From IMG/VR virus record IMGVR_UViG_3300034160_000027, positions 5,099-69,098 of that record: a DNA stretch of 64,000 bases. One strand, given 5' to 3'. The notes under the pieces are model-generated. The model was not told where the DNA came from, searched no databases, and saw nothing but the letters and a program-made list of their open reading frames with translations. Each line of letters starts with the position of its first letter. Position 1 is the stretch's first letter. Source of the DNA: a virus. The translations under genes were made by a program, and so were the position numbers. This document shows, in pieces, positions 42,054 to 51,782 of the stretch.

Positions 42054-42344
42054 TCATAGATCGTCCTTCACACCGCACTCGCCGCCACAGGCTGCATAGC
42101 CCGCTAGATCTACCCACGAGTCAATGTGATTACCGTCGCACGCAATCAGCCGTGCTATCTTGAGCAACGCCATCATGCACGCCACATCATGCGCCCGTAA
42201 GACGCCGGTATGGTGGTGTCTGAGATATGCGTTCCACAGGTCCTCGATGATATCAAAGCTGTTCTCAGGACCTCCGTAGGAGTTCTCACGTTCGCCCTCA
42301 ACGATGGAGAGGGCGGTATTCAGAATTACTTTTCGAGTTGTCAT
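42054..42344 (-). CDS. DUF6378-like protein (phage nucleotide-modification-associated helical domain)
   Basis: IL..A..IV.G.R...YG.PE..F..I..LW..YL...VA.MMALLKIAR...DSWVDLAGYAACG. Confidence 0.75.
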   Translation of the reverse strand: MTTRKVILNTALSIVEGERENSYGGPENSFDIIEDLWNAYLRHHHTGVLRAHDVACMMALLKIARLIACDGNHIDSWVDLAGYAACGGECGVKDDL

Positions 42345-42398
42345 TTGTTGATCTCTATTATCGGGACTATGGGCCAGATCATACGTTCCTCCCTATGA

Positions 42399-43556
42399 TC
42401 AAAGAAATGTACCGCTAGGACGAACGGACTCTCGATCAGGGCCGGACGCAACAAGGACTGCATCATCCCGCAAAACCTCATACGCTTCTCCTATATTCGA
42501 GTCGGCTGCTTGTGCCCCTGAATTAGCCCACGTTACTGCCAGCCGTGGAGAACGTACTTGACATAAGTCCGCCGTGGTAGCGACTTCGTAGTCCCGAGCT
42601 ATCGCGTATCTCATCTGAGCTATTGACAGCCTAGCATAACGCAGCGCTCCTTGCCACTCATTCGGCGGGTTGGTCCCGTCGGGTAGCGTAGCACCGTCCT
42701 TCTGAAGCACGTGTTCCGCACCTTCTCTTGCAGGGCCCTTCACTGGTACCCAGTCTAAGTACATTGGCCCCGGGCCGTGCCTAGTGAGGTACGTCCGAGT
42801 GACGTAGATCGGCTTAACAGGAATCCGCGACCTGGCGAGAAGCGTGCACACGTTTGTCATTCCAGTATTTGACGGGGTGACGTACGGAAAGAACCCGCTG
42901 TTCTGGTCAAGCAGCAGCCCTTGTGAGCCCTCAAAGATGCACGGGTTGCGGGTGACATCCTCGTCGTTTCGAATCGTGACCCGGCCCATTAACTCTTCTA
43001 CCGCTGCGGCGTAATGGTGATCGTCACTTGATGCCACAAAGTCCGTCAATAGCGAGTGAAAGATCCGCGCGTGTTTGCACAACGTCAATGCAGCTTGCCT
43101 GCTCGCAAGCACGGCTGTCAGCCGCAAGTCCGGGTACGCAGAGCGGCGTACTGCGTGCGCTACACCATGCCCGACTGACCCGTGGCGCGCGACACCCCGT
43201 GCAACCTCTCGTTGTTGGTTGGCCTCAATATCGGCCGGCACAATAAATCGGGTACGCGGGTCTATGGAGATAAGGGGACGAACGCCAAGACTCTCCAGCA
43301 CACTGACCTCCCGTAAAAGGTACACTGGGTTTATGAGCATGAAACGCGAGATGTGCGTTGGCACGCCCGATAAGGCTCCTGATCCGACTTGGGCGAATGT
43401 AAACGTGCCGTCTGGGCATGTAACAGTATGCCCGGATTGTGACCCCCCGCTGAAGCGGACCACGGTCTCGTGGTTTCCCTGCGACGCCAGATAGTCCACT
43501 ACCTGCCCTTTCCCCTCGTCCCCAAAGCCCGCCCCAATAACTGCGATATGATTCAT
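42399..43556 (-). CDS. Divergent adenylosuccinate-synthetase (PurA)-like ligase
   Basis: GDEGKG, RF.GG.Q.GHT, EGSQG.LLD, FPYVT.S and TRHG.GP are present; the Asp-binding and guanine-specificity motifs are altered. Confidence 0.85.
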   Translation of the reverse strand: MNHIAVIGAGFGDEGKGQVVDYLASQGNHETVVRFSGGSQSGHTVTCPDGTFTFAQVGSGALSGVPTHISRFMLINPVYLLREVSVLESLGVRPLISIDPRTRFIVPADIEANQQREVARGVARHGSVGHGVAHAVRRSAYPDLRLTAVLASRQAALTLCKHARIFHSLLTDFVASSDDHHYAAAVEELMGRVTIRNDEDVTRNPCIFEGSQGLLLDQNSGFFPYVTPSNTGMTNVCTLLARSRIPVKPIYVTRTYLTRHGPGPMYLDWVPVKGPAREGAEHVLQKDGATLPDGTNPPNEWQGALRYARLSIAQMRYAIARDYEVATTADLCQVRSPRLAVTWANSGAQAADSNIGEAYEVLRDDAVLVASGPDRESVRPSGTFL

Positions 43557-43606
43557 AGCACCCTCTAGGGGTGCCCAACCCCTCGGTTGAGCACCGTGGT
43601 TAACGT

Positions 43607-44542
43607 TTAGAAACGCACGATCCCGGTTCCGCCAGTACGTGCAACCGACTTGGCGCCTGGCTTGACCCCTTCCAGGGCCTTACCGACCACCAATGCAGTA
43701 GACCCCGACCAACTTGTGGCAACGACATCGGCGTCCCGCCCCTCAATGACCTCAATCAACGATACGATGACCTCGCTCATCTTAGAGATGTCGGACAGCG
43801 GAACCGCCATCTGCCCGAGCACCTGCTGCCAGGACCGCTTCACTGCGTCCGTGTGCAGGCGCATGTGCTGGCCCTCCTCCACCATCAAGTGGATGACGTG
43901 CCACTGCGTGGAGAGCGCGTCGAGCATCTGTGCGTTCGTGGGGGCGCTTTGCGGGGCGCTTCCGAACACCCGGGTGATTTGATCCGGAGTCAGGTCCGGC
44001 GGGCACTCTTCGTCCCCCACCGTGATAAGGTATCCCTTCTCACCCCGCCTCTCGAAGGCGTCATGCGACACCCGCGTTAGGGTTGCGTACCAGGCGAGGT
44101 TGGTCGATTCACTGCTGTTGCCGCCGCCGCCGCCCTCCAGCCACAGTTTCTCCACCTGTGGGACCAGTGACGCCGTGTCGCTCTCAAACTGCGTCAACTG
44201 GAGCGGGGCACGGTCTCCCGCGGCCACGTCCCCGAAGCCTCCGACAGCCACCTGTGGGCCGATAACGACCTGCCGGGAGATGAGTTCCTCAAACAACTGT
44301 CCGATACCTTTCTTCGCCAACTGCTCTGCCAACGGTCCCATGGAACCAGTCACATCGAGGACCCAGACCACCGGCCGAGTGACAGGATTGATGTCGGAGT
44401 CGCGGGACTCCCGCAGGGTGATGTTGCGCGGGTCGAGGTCCGGGCTCATCGACCGAGCCGAGTAGAGCCGGTCCACGGGTGCGCTGGCAACGCGAGCCGA
44501 ATGCTTTGCCCAGTCTGCGCTGCTGAATGTCGTACCACCCAT
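43607..44542 (-). CDS. von Willebrand factor A (vWA) domain protein
   Basis: Start MGGTTFS after GGGAG; MIDAS-like DVTGSM, QFESD, EGGGGGN..ES and TVGDE. Confidence 0.85.
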   Translation of the reverse strand: MGGTTFSSADWAKHSARVASAPVDRLYSARSMSPDLDPRNITLRESRDSDINPVTRPVVWVLDVTGSMGPLAEQLAKKGIGQLFEELISRQVVIGPQVAVGGFGDVAAGDRAPLQLTQFESDTASLVPQVEKLWLEGGGGGNSSESTNLAWYATLTRVSHDAFERRGEKGYLITVGDEECPPDLTPDQITRVFGSAPQSAPTNAQMLDALSTQWHVIHLMVEEGQHMRLHTDAVKRSWQQVLGQMAVPLSDISKMSEVIVSLIEVIEGRDADVVATSWSGSTALVVGKALEGVKPGAKSVARTGGTGIVRF

Positions 44543-44543
44543 A

Positions 44544-45542
44544 TCATGTCTCCCGAGCACCGTAGATGGCGCTCTCTGCGTAGTTGAACTGAATGAATTT
44601 ACGTGCGCCGAACCCGGCGTCACGCGCCTGTTCCCACTCTCGGTACACCGTGACCGCAGGTCGCCCTGCAAACGGTACCGCCAGGAACTCTCGAACCGTC
44701 CTTGGTATCTCTTTCCTCCCCATTAGCTGCGTTGGGGACTCTACTCCGAATAGGTTTGCTATCGTGTATCGAATAACCTCCAAGTCAAGGTCGTGAGTGA
44801 GTAGGGGCTTACCTGTTGGACCCGGCTTCGCTAACTCCGCACTTTGCATCGGTAACGCTACAGCAGGCGTCCCGGCTCTACCAGAGTACCACCAGCCTCC
44901 ATACAGGTGCAGCGTATGGGCCTCAAGATTGGCATAGAGATGGTTAATGGAAATGGCGCCGTGCACGGTTCCGTGCCACTCCAGATAGCAGGCTACGTGC
45001 AACAGCCTACCGGTCATCCATGCAACGTGTCGCGGGTCAAGGGGCGCGTATGCGCGCAGCACTCGACGTAGCGGGTGGACAAAAGGCGGTCTAGCAATCC
45101 GCAGTACGGTGTCCGAGCAACCGCAGACTTCTGGTAAGATTAGCAGAGTCTTCTCGCGGAGCCCTTTGTTATCGGTTGGACCGGGACGCGCAACGCACGC
45201 TGCTATAGTTTTTCGTGCATTTTGTAGTAGGTCAGCGTTATCCGGGCCAACAGCAAACACGACCGCACTAGGCCCTGTGTAAGCCGTTTCGATATCTGCC
45301 TCGTCACGTACCCAATAAGCCACACGCTCTTTGCTACTGAGGGTGATAGTCCTTCCATCATCCCACGGGAGTCCTTCTTTGACTACGCGCAGGGCACTAT
45401 CGTATGCCTCCTTTAACTCTTGGAAGGCTTTATCACTGCCTCCCCCGTCGGGGTGGGCAGTACGCCGTAGCCGTTTATATTGTTGAATGATATCCTCTTC
45501 GCTACCGTAAGAGAATACGCTACCGGGTAGTACGTTTGACAT
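44544..45542 (-). CDS. J-domain fused to a protein-kinase-like fold (probable pseudokinase)
   Basis: YKRL...HPDGGG...FQEL..AY is a J-domain signature. The kinase C-lobe-like W...LL....YL..HG.VHGAI...H and LYGGW lack the catalytic Asp residues. Confidence 0.75.
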   Translation of the reverse strand: MSNVLPGSVFSYGSEEDIIQQYKRLRRTAHPDGGGSDKAFQELKEAYDSALRVVKEGLPWDDGRTITLSSKERVAYWVRDEADIETAYTGPSAVVFAVGPDNADLLQNARKTIAACVARPGPTDNKGLREKTLLILPEVCGCSDTVLRIARPPFVHPLRRVLRAYAPLDPRHVAWMTGRLLHVACYLEWHGTVHGAISINHLYANLEAHTLHLYGGWWYSGRAGTPAVALPMQSAELAKPGPTGKPLLTHDLDLEVIRYTIANLFGVESPTQLMGRKEIPRTVREFLAVPFAGRPAVTVYREWEQARDAGFGARKFIQFNYAESAIYGARET

Positions 45543-45553
45543 AGTTTCCGCCT

Positions 45554-45943
45554 TTAGGCCGGGATGTTTTTACCCGTGTTGAATACGCGCCAGGTCTTTT
45601 GAGCCTCCGCAAAGCAGGCCCCGTCCATACCGGGCAACTGCACTGGCTCCCCCGCTAAGAGTAAGTAGAACTCTCGTGGCTCTAGGTACCCTATGTGCTC
45701 CCCGAGACCGTAGGCGCCAAAACGATCGGACGCGCGCCAAAAGCCATCGGTTCCTTGCTTTAGCACCAAGTAAGAGTGGAAGCCGTCCCCGGAGTGCCCA
45801 ATGCACAGGCACACGGCTCCTTCACCCGGAGGCTGTACGCCGTGCCCCATGCGGAACGTGCCCCGCTTCTCGGAGTACCTGTGCAGACTCCCGTTCGGGG
45901 TAATTGATGTCCAGGCCCTTGTGCCGCCGTCTATTATGTCCAT
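45554..45943 (-). CDS. Hypothetical protein
   Basis: AGGAGG RBS; in an operon with the J/vWA/PurA genes. Confidence 0.65.
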   Translation of the reverse strand: MDIIDGGTRAWTSITPNGSLHRYSEKRGTFRMGHGVQPPGEGAVCLCIGHSGDGFHSYLVLKQGTDGFWRASDRFGAYGLGEHIGYLEPREFYLLLAGEPVQLPGMDGACFAEAQKTWRVFNTGKNIPA

Positions 45944-46434
45944 GCTGACCTCCTGTTAGTGTGTTTGATTGGTTCATCAGTTGTTTGCTCTTGCGTATAA
46001 CCAAAGACGAGGTATGGGTACCCATTACCGACGTTTACGCCTGCCACAATGTGCACGAGTACAATTGTGGGGTCTTGGAAGAACTCCCGAAGCGCCTCTT
46101 GAAAGAATAGCGCAGTACGGCGTGGGTACTTTTCTTCTGCGGCTTGCTGTGCCGCTGTCCAACTACGAGTGCTATCGTCGGCCAGGCGATCGGAATAAGT
46201 GTAACCTGCGCCCGGATACGTGGCCTCCTCGTACTGTCCTGAAACGAGCTTAGACTTGTCCGCAGCCCACACTGTTCGCCCGTCGCTGAACCCGGAACAC
46301 GACTGTCTGAAACGATCATCCGTGTAGTGGGGGCTCAGATTATCGAGCACTCCATTGCCTGTTTGGCATAACGGGAAACTTGAAGACCTCCCTCTGCGTC
46401 CATACATCACCCCTAACACGTCTACTTCGTTCAT
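45934..46434 (-). CDS. Hypothetical protein, first gene after the 46468 promoter
   Basis: Start MNEVDV after an A/C-rich leader; YSDRL and N..NGYPYLVFGY motifs. Confidence 0.65.
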   Translation of the reverse strand: MNEVDVLGVMYGRRGRSSSFPLCQTGNGVLDNLSPHYTDDRFRQSCSGFSDGRTVWAADKSKLVSGQYEEATYPGAGYTYSDRLADDSTRSWTAAQQAAEEKYPRRTALFFQEALREFFQDPTIVLVHIVAGVNVGNGYPYLVFGYTQEQTTDEPIKHTNRRSAWT

Positions 46435-46467
46435 GCTGCTCTCTCGTTGCGTTGTTATGATGTGCTC

Positions 46468-46512
46468 ATAGTAGCCGAATACTAAGACTCTGGCCACTAC
46501 CGTTCGTCGGAT
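46468..46512 (-). promoter_or_regulatory. Box promoter: ATCCGACGAACGGTAG-TGGCCA-N17-TACTAT
   Basis: Same geometry as three other promoters at 46951, 48497 and 48778. Confidence 0.8.
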
Positions 46513-46921
46513 GCTATCTGCTTGCTCAACCGATCATAGAGGACCACGTTCACAGCGGCGGCTAGGTTCTTCGTAGGAACGTATACCACGAGAGCACTCT
46601 GGAGCCGAGCGTCCCATCTTCGGGACCAAACACATAGAACGTACGTTCCGGGTGTTTGTAGCCCACTAAAGACACCGCTCCGGGGACTAGATCAACTGCC
46701 ACAGGGATACAGTCGAATGGAATTACGTCATGGAGGTCTTCGCACTGTATCAACGGGATATGACGGTAGACCTTCATCGTATCCGCGGGGGCGCGGCTGT
46801 AGCGGTGCCCACTTGTTGCAACCATTGCTGCGCCGTAGCACCCGGCCACACGTAGTACGGAGCCGATGTTCACGGGTGTTTTCGGATGATCTGACCCGGT
46901 TGCTGCATATCCTCCGGTCAT
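46497..46921 (-). pseudogene. SpoU/TrmH-family (SPOUT) RNA methyltransferase, frameshifted
   Basis: PKTPVNIGSVLR and YVFGPEDG are in one frame; the motif 3 remnant VYVPTKNLAAAVNVVLYDR continues in another frame after about 46585. Confidence 0.8.
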
Positions 46922-46950
46922 CGTATATTCCTCGTTATTGTGGCGCGCTT

Positions 46951-46995
46951 ATGGTAGACGCGCTGCACTACCTTGACCACTACCATTCGTCGGCT
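46951..46995 (-). promoter_or_regulatory. Box promoter: AGCCGACGAATGGTAG-TGGTCA-N17-TACCAT
   Basis: Conserved geometry. Confidence 0.75.
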
Positions 46996-48496
46996 TCGTG
47001 CTCTTCTAGCGCCACGATCTACCACTTTGAGAGGGTTGATGTTCCAGAATTTGGGCGTTAGAGCCTAGGAAGCGCCCAGAATTTCGTGCCCAGTCTATAT
47101 ACGCAAGATCTGGCCTATAGCCATACCCGCATTCAGTACGAAGATCGAAACAAGCCCAAACACCAGTAGTACAACTTATGCGCAATCTAGGTTTGGTTGC
47201 AGTTACGTTCATGTTAAGATTCCTGTGTGGCTCAGTCGGTGACCGGAGCATGGTGTACGCACGTGCGTTAAACGGTGGCTCGCTGACTGGTGGTCCCCCC
47301 GTGCGCGTCGTCTAGCGGGTAGGTTTGAAACCGCAACACGTATCCGAGAGATAGAGCTTCATCAGGGCTTATGGCGTCCGCTCCTGACGGTGCGTCGGAG
47401 TGACTCACAAACGCGCTGACTTGCGTGCGCTCCTCAAAAGACACCGTGTTGCGCGAGAAACAAGCTACGAACATGTTGAGTCCGGCCATTGTATTCCCCC
47501 TTAAAGCAGGCCACTATCCAAACACCCGGCCACTTCCAGGAGGCAGTCATCATCTTCGGGCGTGCTGTTGTCCCACCCTCGCCACACCCAGAACGGTTCC
47601 GTATTCGCGGCGGGATAATACCCGTAAGAATGTACCCATCGCGGGTCGATGTAATGCCGCAACGGGTGCATGATGGCGTGGTAGGATTCGCTAGACATTA
47701 CGGTCTCCGGTGAGCCCCGTGGCCGGGGCATGGTGGTGGCTACAGGTTCCAGTCGGCTTCGGGCTCGTCGTCGTCCGCGTCCGCGTCCGCTTCATTCCAT
47801 CCTTGGTCATACTCCTGAGCGAACACCCTGATATCGGTTCCGGGCGGGTTGTCTGGCGGGTTCCAAGTCCCGAGTTCGTAATCGCGGTAGCCGTCAGCGT
47901 AGAAAGTGCTCACGCGGTAATCCTCCCGGCAGCCTTGTCGCGCAGCACGTCCAAATAACGCTCTACCGCGGCAACCGCGAGGGTCTTTGTCGGGTACAGG
48001 GTAGGCGCCCCGCGGACGCCGCAGAAATCCATCCAGCCCCATTTGCGCCCTATCTTCTGCACAGGGTATCCGTCACTGCCCCACATGCGCGTGTGGCGCA
48101 GGAATGAGTTTTCGTTATCGGTTAGGGTTGGGTACATTTCGTGCTCCGCGCCCGTCCCAGGGCGGTGGTGTGTATCAGACTTCGATGCGATCAACGTTCG
48201 TGTAGCTATTTTCGGCCACGAATTCGATGAAACGCGTAGAGGCTTCGCCAGATACGCGCGGGCTGGCACCCTCGTGTTTTTTTCTGGTCCAGGCTGACGG
48301 ACAGCTCGGCGAGGGCTTCAGCGTATGAACCAAAGATCACTGTCCGCCCGCTTTCGTCCGTCAGCGGGGACAACGCAGCGAGCCTAATGTTGAAGGGGCC
48401 CATGATGATGTAGCCAGGGCCAAACATTTGTCTTGTTACATACAACGTCTTTCTCCTCTTTGTCGTTGTCGTTGTCGTTGTCGTTGTGACGTGTCT

Positions 48497-48541
48497 ATAT
48501 TAGACGCACGACGTGGCTCTGCCTACTACCGTTCATCGGAT
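48497..48541 (-). promoter_or_regulatory. Box promoter: ATCCGATGAACGGTAG-TAGGCA-N17-TAATAT
   Basis: Conserved geometry; followed by an (ACAACG)n leader and AGAGGAG. Confidence 0.75.
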
Positions 48542-48777
48542 GCGGATTGGCCTACGCGTGCCGTGCGCAGACGTAAGGCTTTTGCAACGTCCTCACGAAC
48601 TATTTCGTCTAGCTTGTTGTATAATTCAGCGACCAGCACGGCCATTAAGATCAGGTCGCCGCCAGACTCTACCCAGTCCGTGTCTTCATTTTCCACTATC
48701 GACCATATAACGTTGTCATACGCGTAACGTGCTGCTCGTGACATCGCGTTCTCTCGTTGCGTTGTTGGGTTGTGCTC

Positions 48778-48822
48778 ATAGTAGACGCGCTACACGGCAT
48801 TGACTACTACCGTTCGTCGGAT
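48778..48822 (-). promoter_or_regulatory. Box promoter: ATCCGACGAACGGTAG-TAGTCA-N17-TACTAT
   Basis: Conserved geometry; its leader is nearly identical to that of the 46468 promoter. Confidence 0.8.
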
Positions 48823-48894
48823 GCGAGCAGTCTCTTGTGCCCCCGCTCCCTGTGGGCGTAGACTGTCTTACATTTTTCGCTCTCGGAGCCCACC

Positions 48895-49065
48895 ATGTCG
48901 GCGCTAAACTCATCCATAACATTTCGTGTCCCCAAGGACTTGCGTGACAAAGTTAAAGCCAAAGCGAAGGAGGAGGGGAGGTCTGAGGGTGCGTACTTGC
49001 GTGCTCTCCTGACCGCCGCTGTCCAGCCGCCGCGCACCCGGCGCACCTCGTCCCCCTCCCTCTGA
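48895..49065 (+). CDS. Ribbon-helix-helix (Arc/CopG-like) DNA-binding protein, 56 aa (not in ORF track)
   Basis: MSALNSSITFRVPKDLRDKVKAKAKEEGRSEGAYLRALL...; GGAG RBS; immediately upstream of the primase gene. Confidence 0.8.
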   Translation: MSALNSSITFRVPKDLRDKVKAKAKEEGRSEGAYLRALLTAAVQPPRTRRTSSPSL

Positions 49066-49076
49066 GACTCCTTGAT

Positions 49077-51782
49077 ATGACATCTATCGCCACCGGGTTG
49101 GTCGCACGTGAGTATCAAAAGTTAGGCTGGGTGATGACTCCCTTTATACGGGGGACGAAAGGGCCAGTAAGAAGGAGCTGGGGCGTGAGGGAGAAGTGTG
49201 TGGTACCCGAGGACTGGGTTGGTAACTTCGGATTAGTGCACGGCTACAGCGGCACTTGCGCGATTGATATTGACAACATTGAGAAGGCGCGCGAGATACT
49301 AGACATCGACGCACTGATGAGTGCACCTGATGCGGTGTGGATCATCGGCAATCCTGCGAATCATGCGAAACTGCTATACAGGCTGCCTTCACCAATGGTG
49401 AGTGTGAAGTGGCGTGAAGAGAACCGGGACGTACTGAATTTCAGGTGTATGCCCGCGGACATGGGTCTCGGGCCGCGGGGCTGTTCAGTGCAAGACGTGC
49501 TCCCTCCATCGTTGCACCCGGACACCGGGGGCCTCTACCAGTGGGGAGGGGCCGGGGACCATCGACAGCTACCCCTGATTCCGTTGAGCGTAGCGGCGCT
49601 GTGGGCTGAGAAGTTGCGGGTGGACAGGCCTGCGGATGGGGCGGGGAGGGGCGTGGTGGATCCGGAGGCCCGGCGGCTGGAGACCGACGTAGACGAGTTG
49701 ACGGCGGCACTGCGGGCCTTGGACCCGGATGTGGACCGGGAACTGTGGGTGCGGGTCGGGTTCGCCTTCCAGGCGGGGGGCGGCGAGTATGAGGACTGGG
49801 ACGCCTGGAGCGCGGGGGCGACGGAGGCAGGGAAATACGCGGGTCCTGACGACACGAGGAAGACGTGGGTCAGCTTCAAAGGCGACGGGGGTGTGGGGCC
49901 TGCCACGCTCTATGGTATGGCCCTGGCGGCTGGGTGGCGGCCGGCGATTCGGTGGGGGTTCGAGGATGCAGGACCAGCACCGCGGGTGGACTGCGGGGCG
50001 GGGGCGCCGGGGGGCGGAGGGGCCGAGGGTGGGACGGGCGCTCTTGGGCAGACAGTAACCGCGGCATCGAGAACCACGGATGAGAAAGCCGCCGACGCAG
50101 CGTTGATCGCGCAGCTATCCCGCGACGCAGAGGGGGCAGCTAACGTGGAGCGCGTGATCGGGGAGTTGTGCCGCGTTGCGCGTAGCATAGTCGAACTAGA
50201 CTTGTTACAGAAAGTCGTTGCAGACCGTTCTGGCGTGTCGATCAAGACGATTCGTGACCAGTTTAGCGCAGAGCTAAAGCGCAATGAGAGGAAACCGGGA
50301 AGCGCAGTCAATCGCTATGCCGCAACGCTTGAGGGTAGGTTTGAAAGAATTAGCGGCATTCTGGCGAACGAGCCCGCGGCAGACCCCCGTGACTTTCCGA
50401 GCCTAGCGGGCAGGTACGTGTATATCCAAGATTGTGGCATGTTCTATGATCGGCTTCGATGCAAGTTGGTTAAACGCGAAGCATTGGACATGATGTACAG
50501 CCACCTTAAATGGGATGTGTGCCGAAACGAGGCCGCTGCGGGCGAAGACGGTGAGTATGAGGTGGACGGGGACGGTGCGCCCCCTCCACCTTCTACGGCG
50601 CTTACTCTGTCTACCGTGAGCGCGAAGGTCGAGGGGATGGACTACTGGCCGGGCGTGCGTACCGCGGTATTCCAAGAAGAAGGTGTGCTGGTCCTTAACT
50701 CATGGAAGGATGACGGACTGAAACCCGTAGAGGGAGATATAACGATGTGGCTAAACCACCTAGAATGGCTGGTTCCTGACCCGGCACAGAGGAAAATACT
50801 ACTACAGTGGATGGCGTTCTGTCTGAAACACCAAGACCAAAAAATCAACTATGGTGTACTCATGCTCGGTGTTCCCCGCACCGGCAAAGACTGGTTGATG
50901 TTGGCGCTGAAATTAGCGTTGGGTCGAACGAACACAGGGACTTTCGCGCCAGATAGGCTAGCCGAGCCGTATGAGGATTTCTTGGTAGGCAAGAAGCTAA
51001 TCATCCTAAATGAGCTTCACTTCAGCGGCATGTCACACTCTAAGCTGGAAAACAAGCTAAAGCCTTACTTGGCGGCCCCTCCAGAACGTCTATCTATGCG
51101 TCGTATAGGTATTGGAGATGCAGACCAGCGCAACATCGTGCAGTTGGTAGCCTTCACCAACTACCGGGCAGCTATGACACTGGCCACTAGCGCCGAGCGA
51201 TGGTTCTGCGTAGACACTGCCCCTGAAGAAGCGAAGGACGTTGACTATTACACTAGGGCATACAATTGGATGCTCCATGAAGGGGGCGCAGCATCAGTGG
51301 CATTCCATCTACTGAACAAGGTGGACTTGTCAGACTTCTGCCACACGTCGTCGGCCCCAACAACTGCGTGGCGTGAGACGCTAGAGGCGATGTCCGCTGG
51401 CACCGACGCGTTGACGAGTTCCGTTAGCGAGATGATCGAGGATCAGGCTGGGCCGTTCTACCGGGACTTGGTGCGGATTCAAGACGTGGTGAACAGCCTG
51501 CGGCACATGTTAGCCGGACAAGATGTGAGGGTGAACAGTTCCACGGTGCGGCGGGCGCTGGTGTCGTGTAGCTGCGTCCAGTCAAAAGAAATTTCTCTGC
51601 GCGTCAAATCCGACGACGAAAAAGAGAAAGTAAAAAAGATTCAGTTGTGGGCTGTGCGTGACGTGAAAAAATGGGCTGGAGAAAAGAAAAATTCTGTATG
51701 GATAGAAAAATTTGAGCAGGAAAACGGAATAAAAATTTCCGCGCAAGCTGCGGTTAGCAACGTGGTTCCTTTCCCACGGTAA
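49077..51782 (+). CDS. Primase-helicase: Prim-Pol (AEP) + PriCT-2 + D5/SF3-like NTPase
   Basis: KGP...W, AIDID and VLPPSLHP..G..Y.W; W..VG......W..WS...KY; Walker A GVPRTGKD, Walker B ILNE and AFTN. Confidence 0.9.
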   Translation: MTSIATGLVAREYQKLGWVMTPFIRGTKGPVRRSWGVREKCVVPEDWVGNFGLVHGYSGTCAIDIDNIEKAREILDIDALMSAPDAVWIIGNPANHAKLLYRLPSPMVSVKWREENRDVLNFRCMPADMGLGPRGCSVQDVLPPSLHPDTGGLYQWGGAGDHRQLPLIPLSVAALWAEKLRVDRPADGAGRGVVDPEARRLETDVDELTAALRALDPDVDRELWVRVGFAFQAGGGEYEDWDAWSAGATEAGKYAGPDDTRKTWVSFKGDGGVGPATLYGMALAAGWRPAIRWGFEDAGPAPRVDCGAGAPGGGGAEGGTGALGQTVTAASRTTDEKAADAALIAQLSRDAEGAANVERVIGELCRVARSIVELDLLQKVVADRSGVSIKTIRDQFSAELKRNERKPGSAVNRYAATLEGRFERISGILANEPAADPRDFPSLAGRYVYIQDCGMFYDRLRCKLVKREALDMMYSHLKWDVCRNEAAAGEDGEYEVDGDGAPPPPSTALTLSTVSAKVEGMDYWPGVRTAVFQEEGVLVLNSWKDDGLKPVEGDITMWLNHLEWLVPDPAQRKILLQWMAFCLKHQDQKINYGVLMLGVPRTGKDWLMLALKLALGRTNTGTFAPDRLAEPYEDFLVGKKLIILNELHFSGMSHSKLENKLKPYLAAPPERLSMRRIGIGDADQRNIVQLVAFTNYRAAMTLATSAERWFCVDTAPEEAKDVDYYTRAYNWMLHEGGAASVAFHLLNKVDLSDFCHTSSAPTTAWRETLEAMSAGTDALTSSVSEMIEDQAGPFYRDLVRIQDVVNSLRHMLAGQDVRVNSSTVRRALVSCSCVQSKEISLRVKSDDEKEKVKKIQLWAVRDVKKWAGEKKNSVWIEKFEQENGIKISAQAAVSNVVPFPR

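Noticed and set aside
42399-43556. PurZ / 2-aminoadenine (Z) genome
   Set aside because: The P-loop is GDEGKG with Asp, not the PurZ Ser, and no HD-family DatZ-like gene is seen in the window.
48807-49118. 103-aa minus-strand ORF
   Set aside because: It is the antisense shadow of the RHH gene and the primase start, and it runs over the promoter region.
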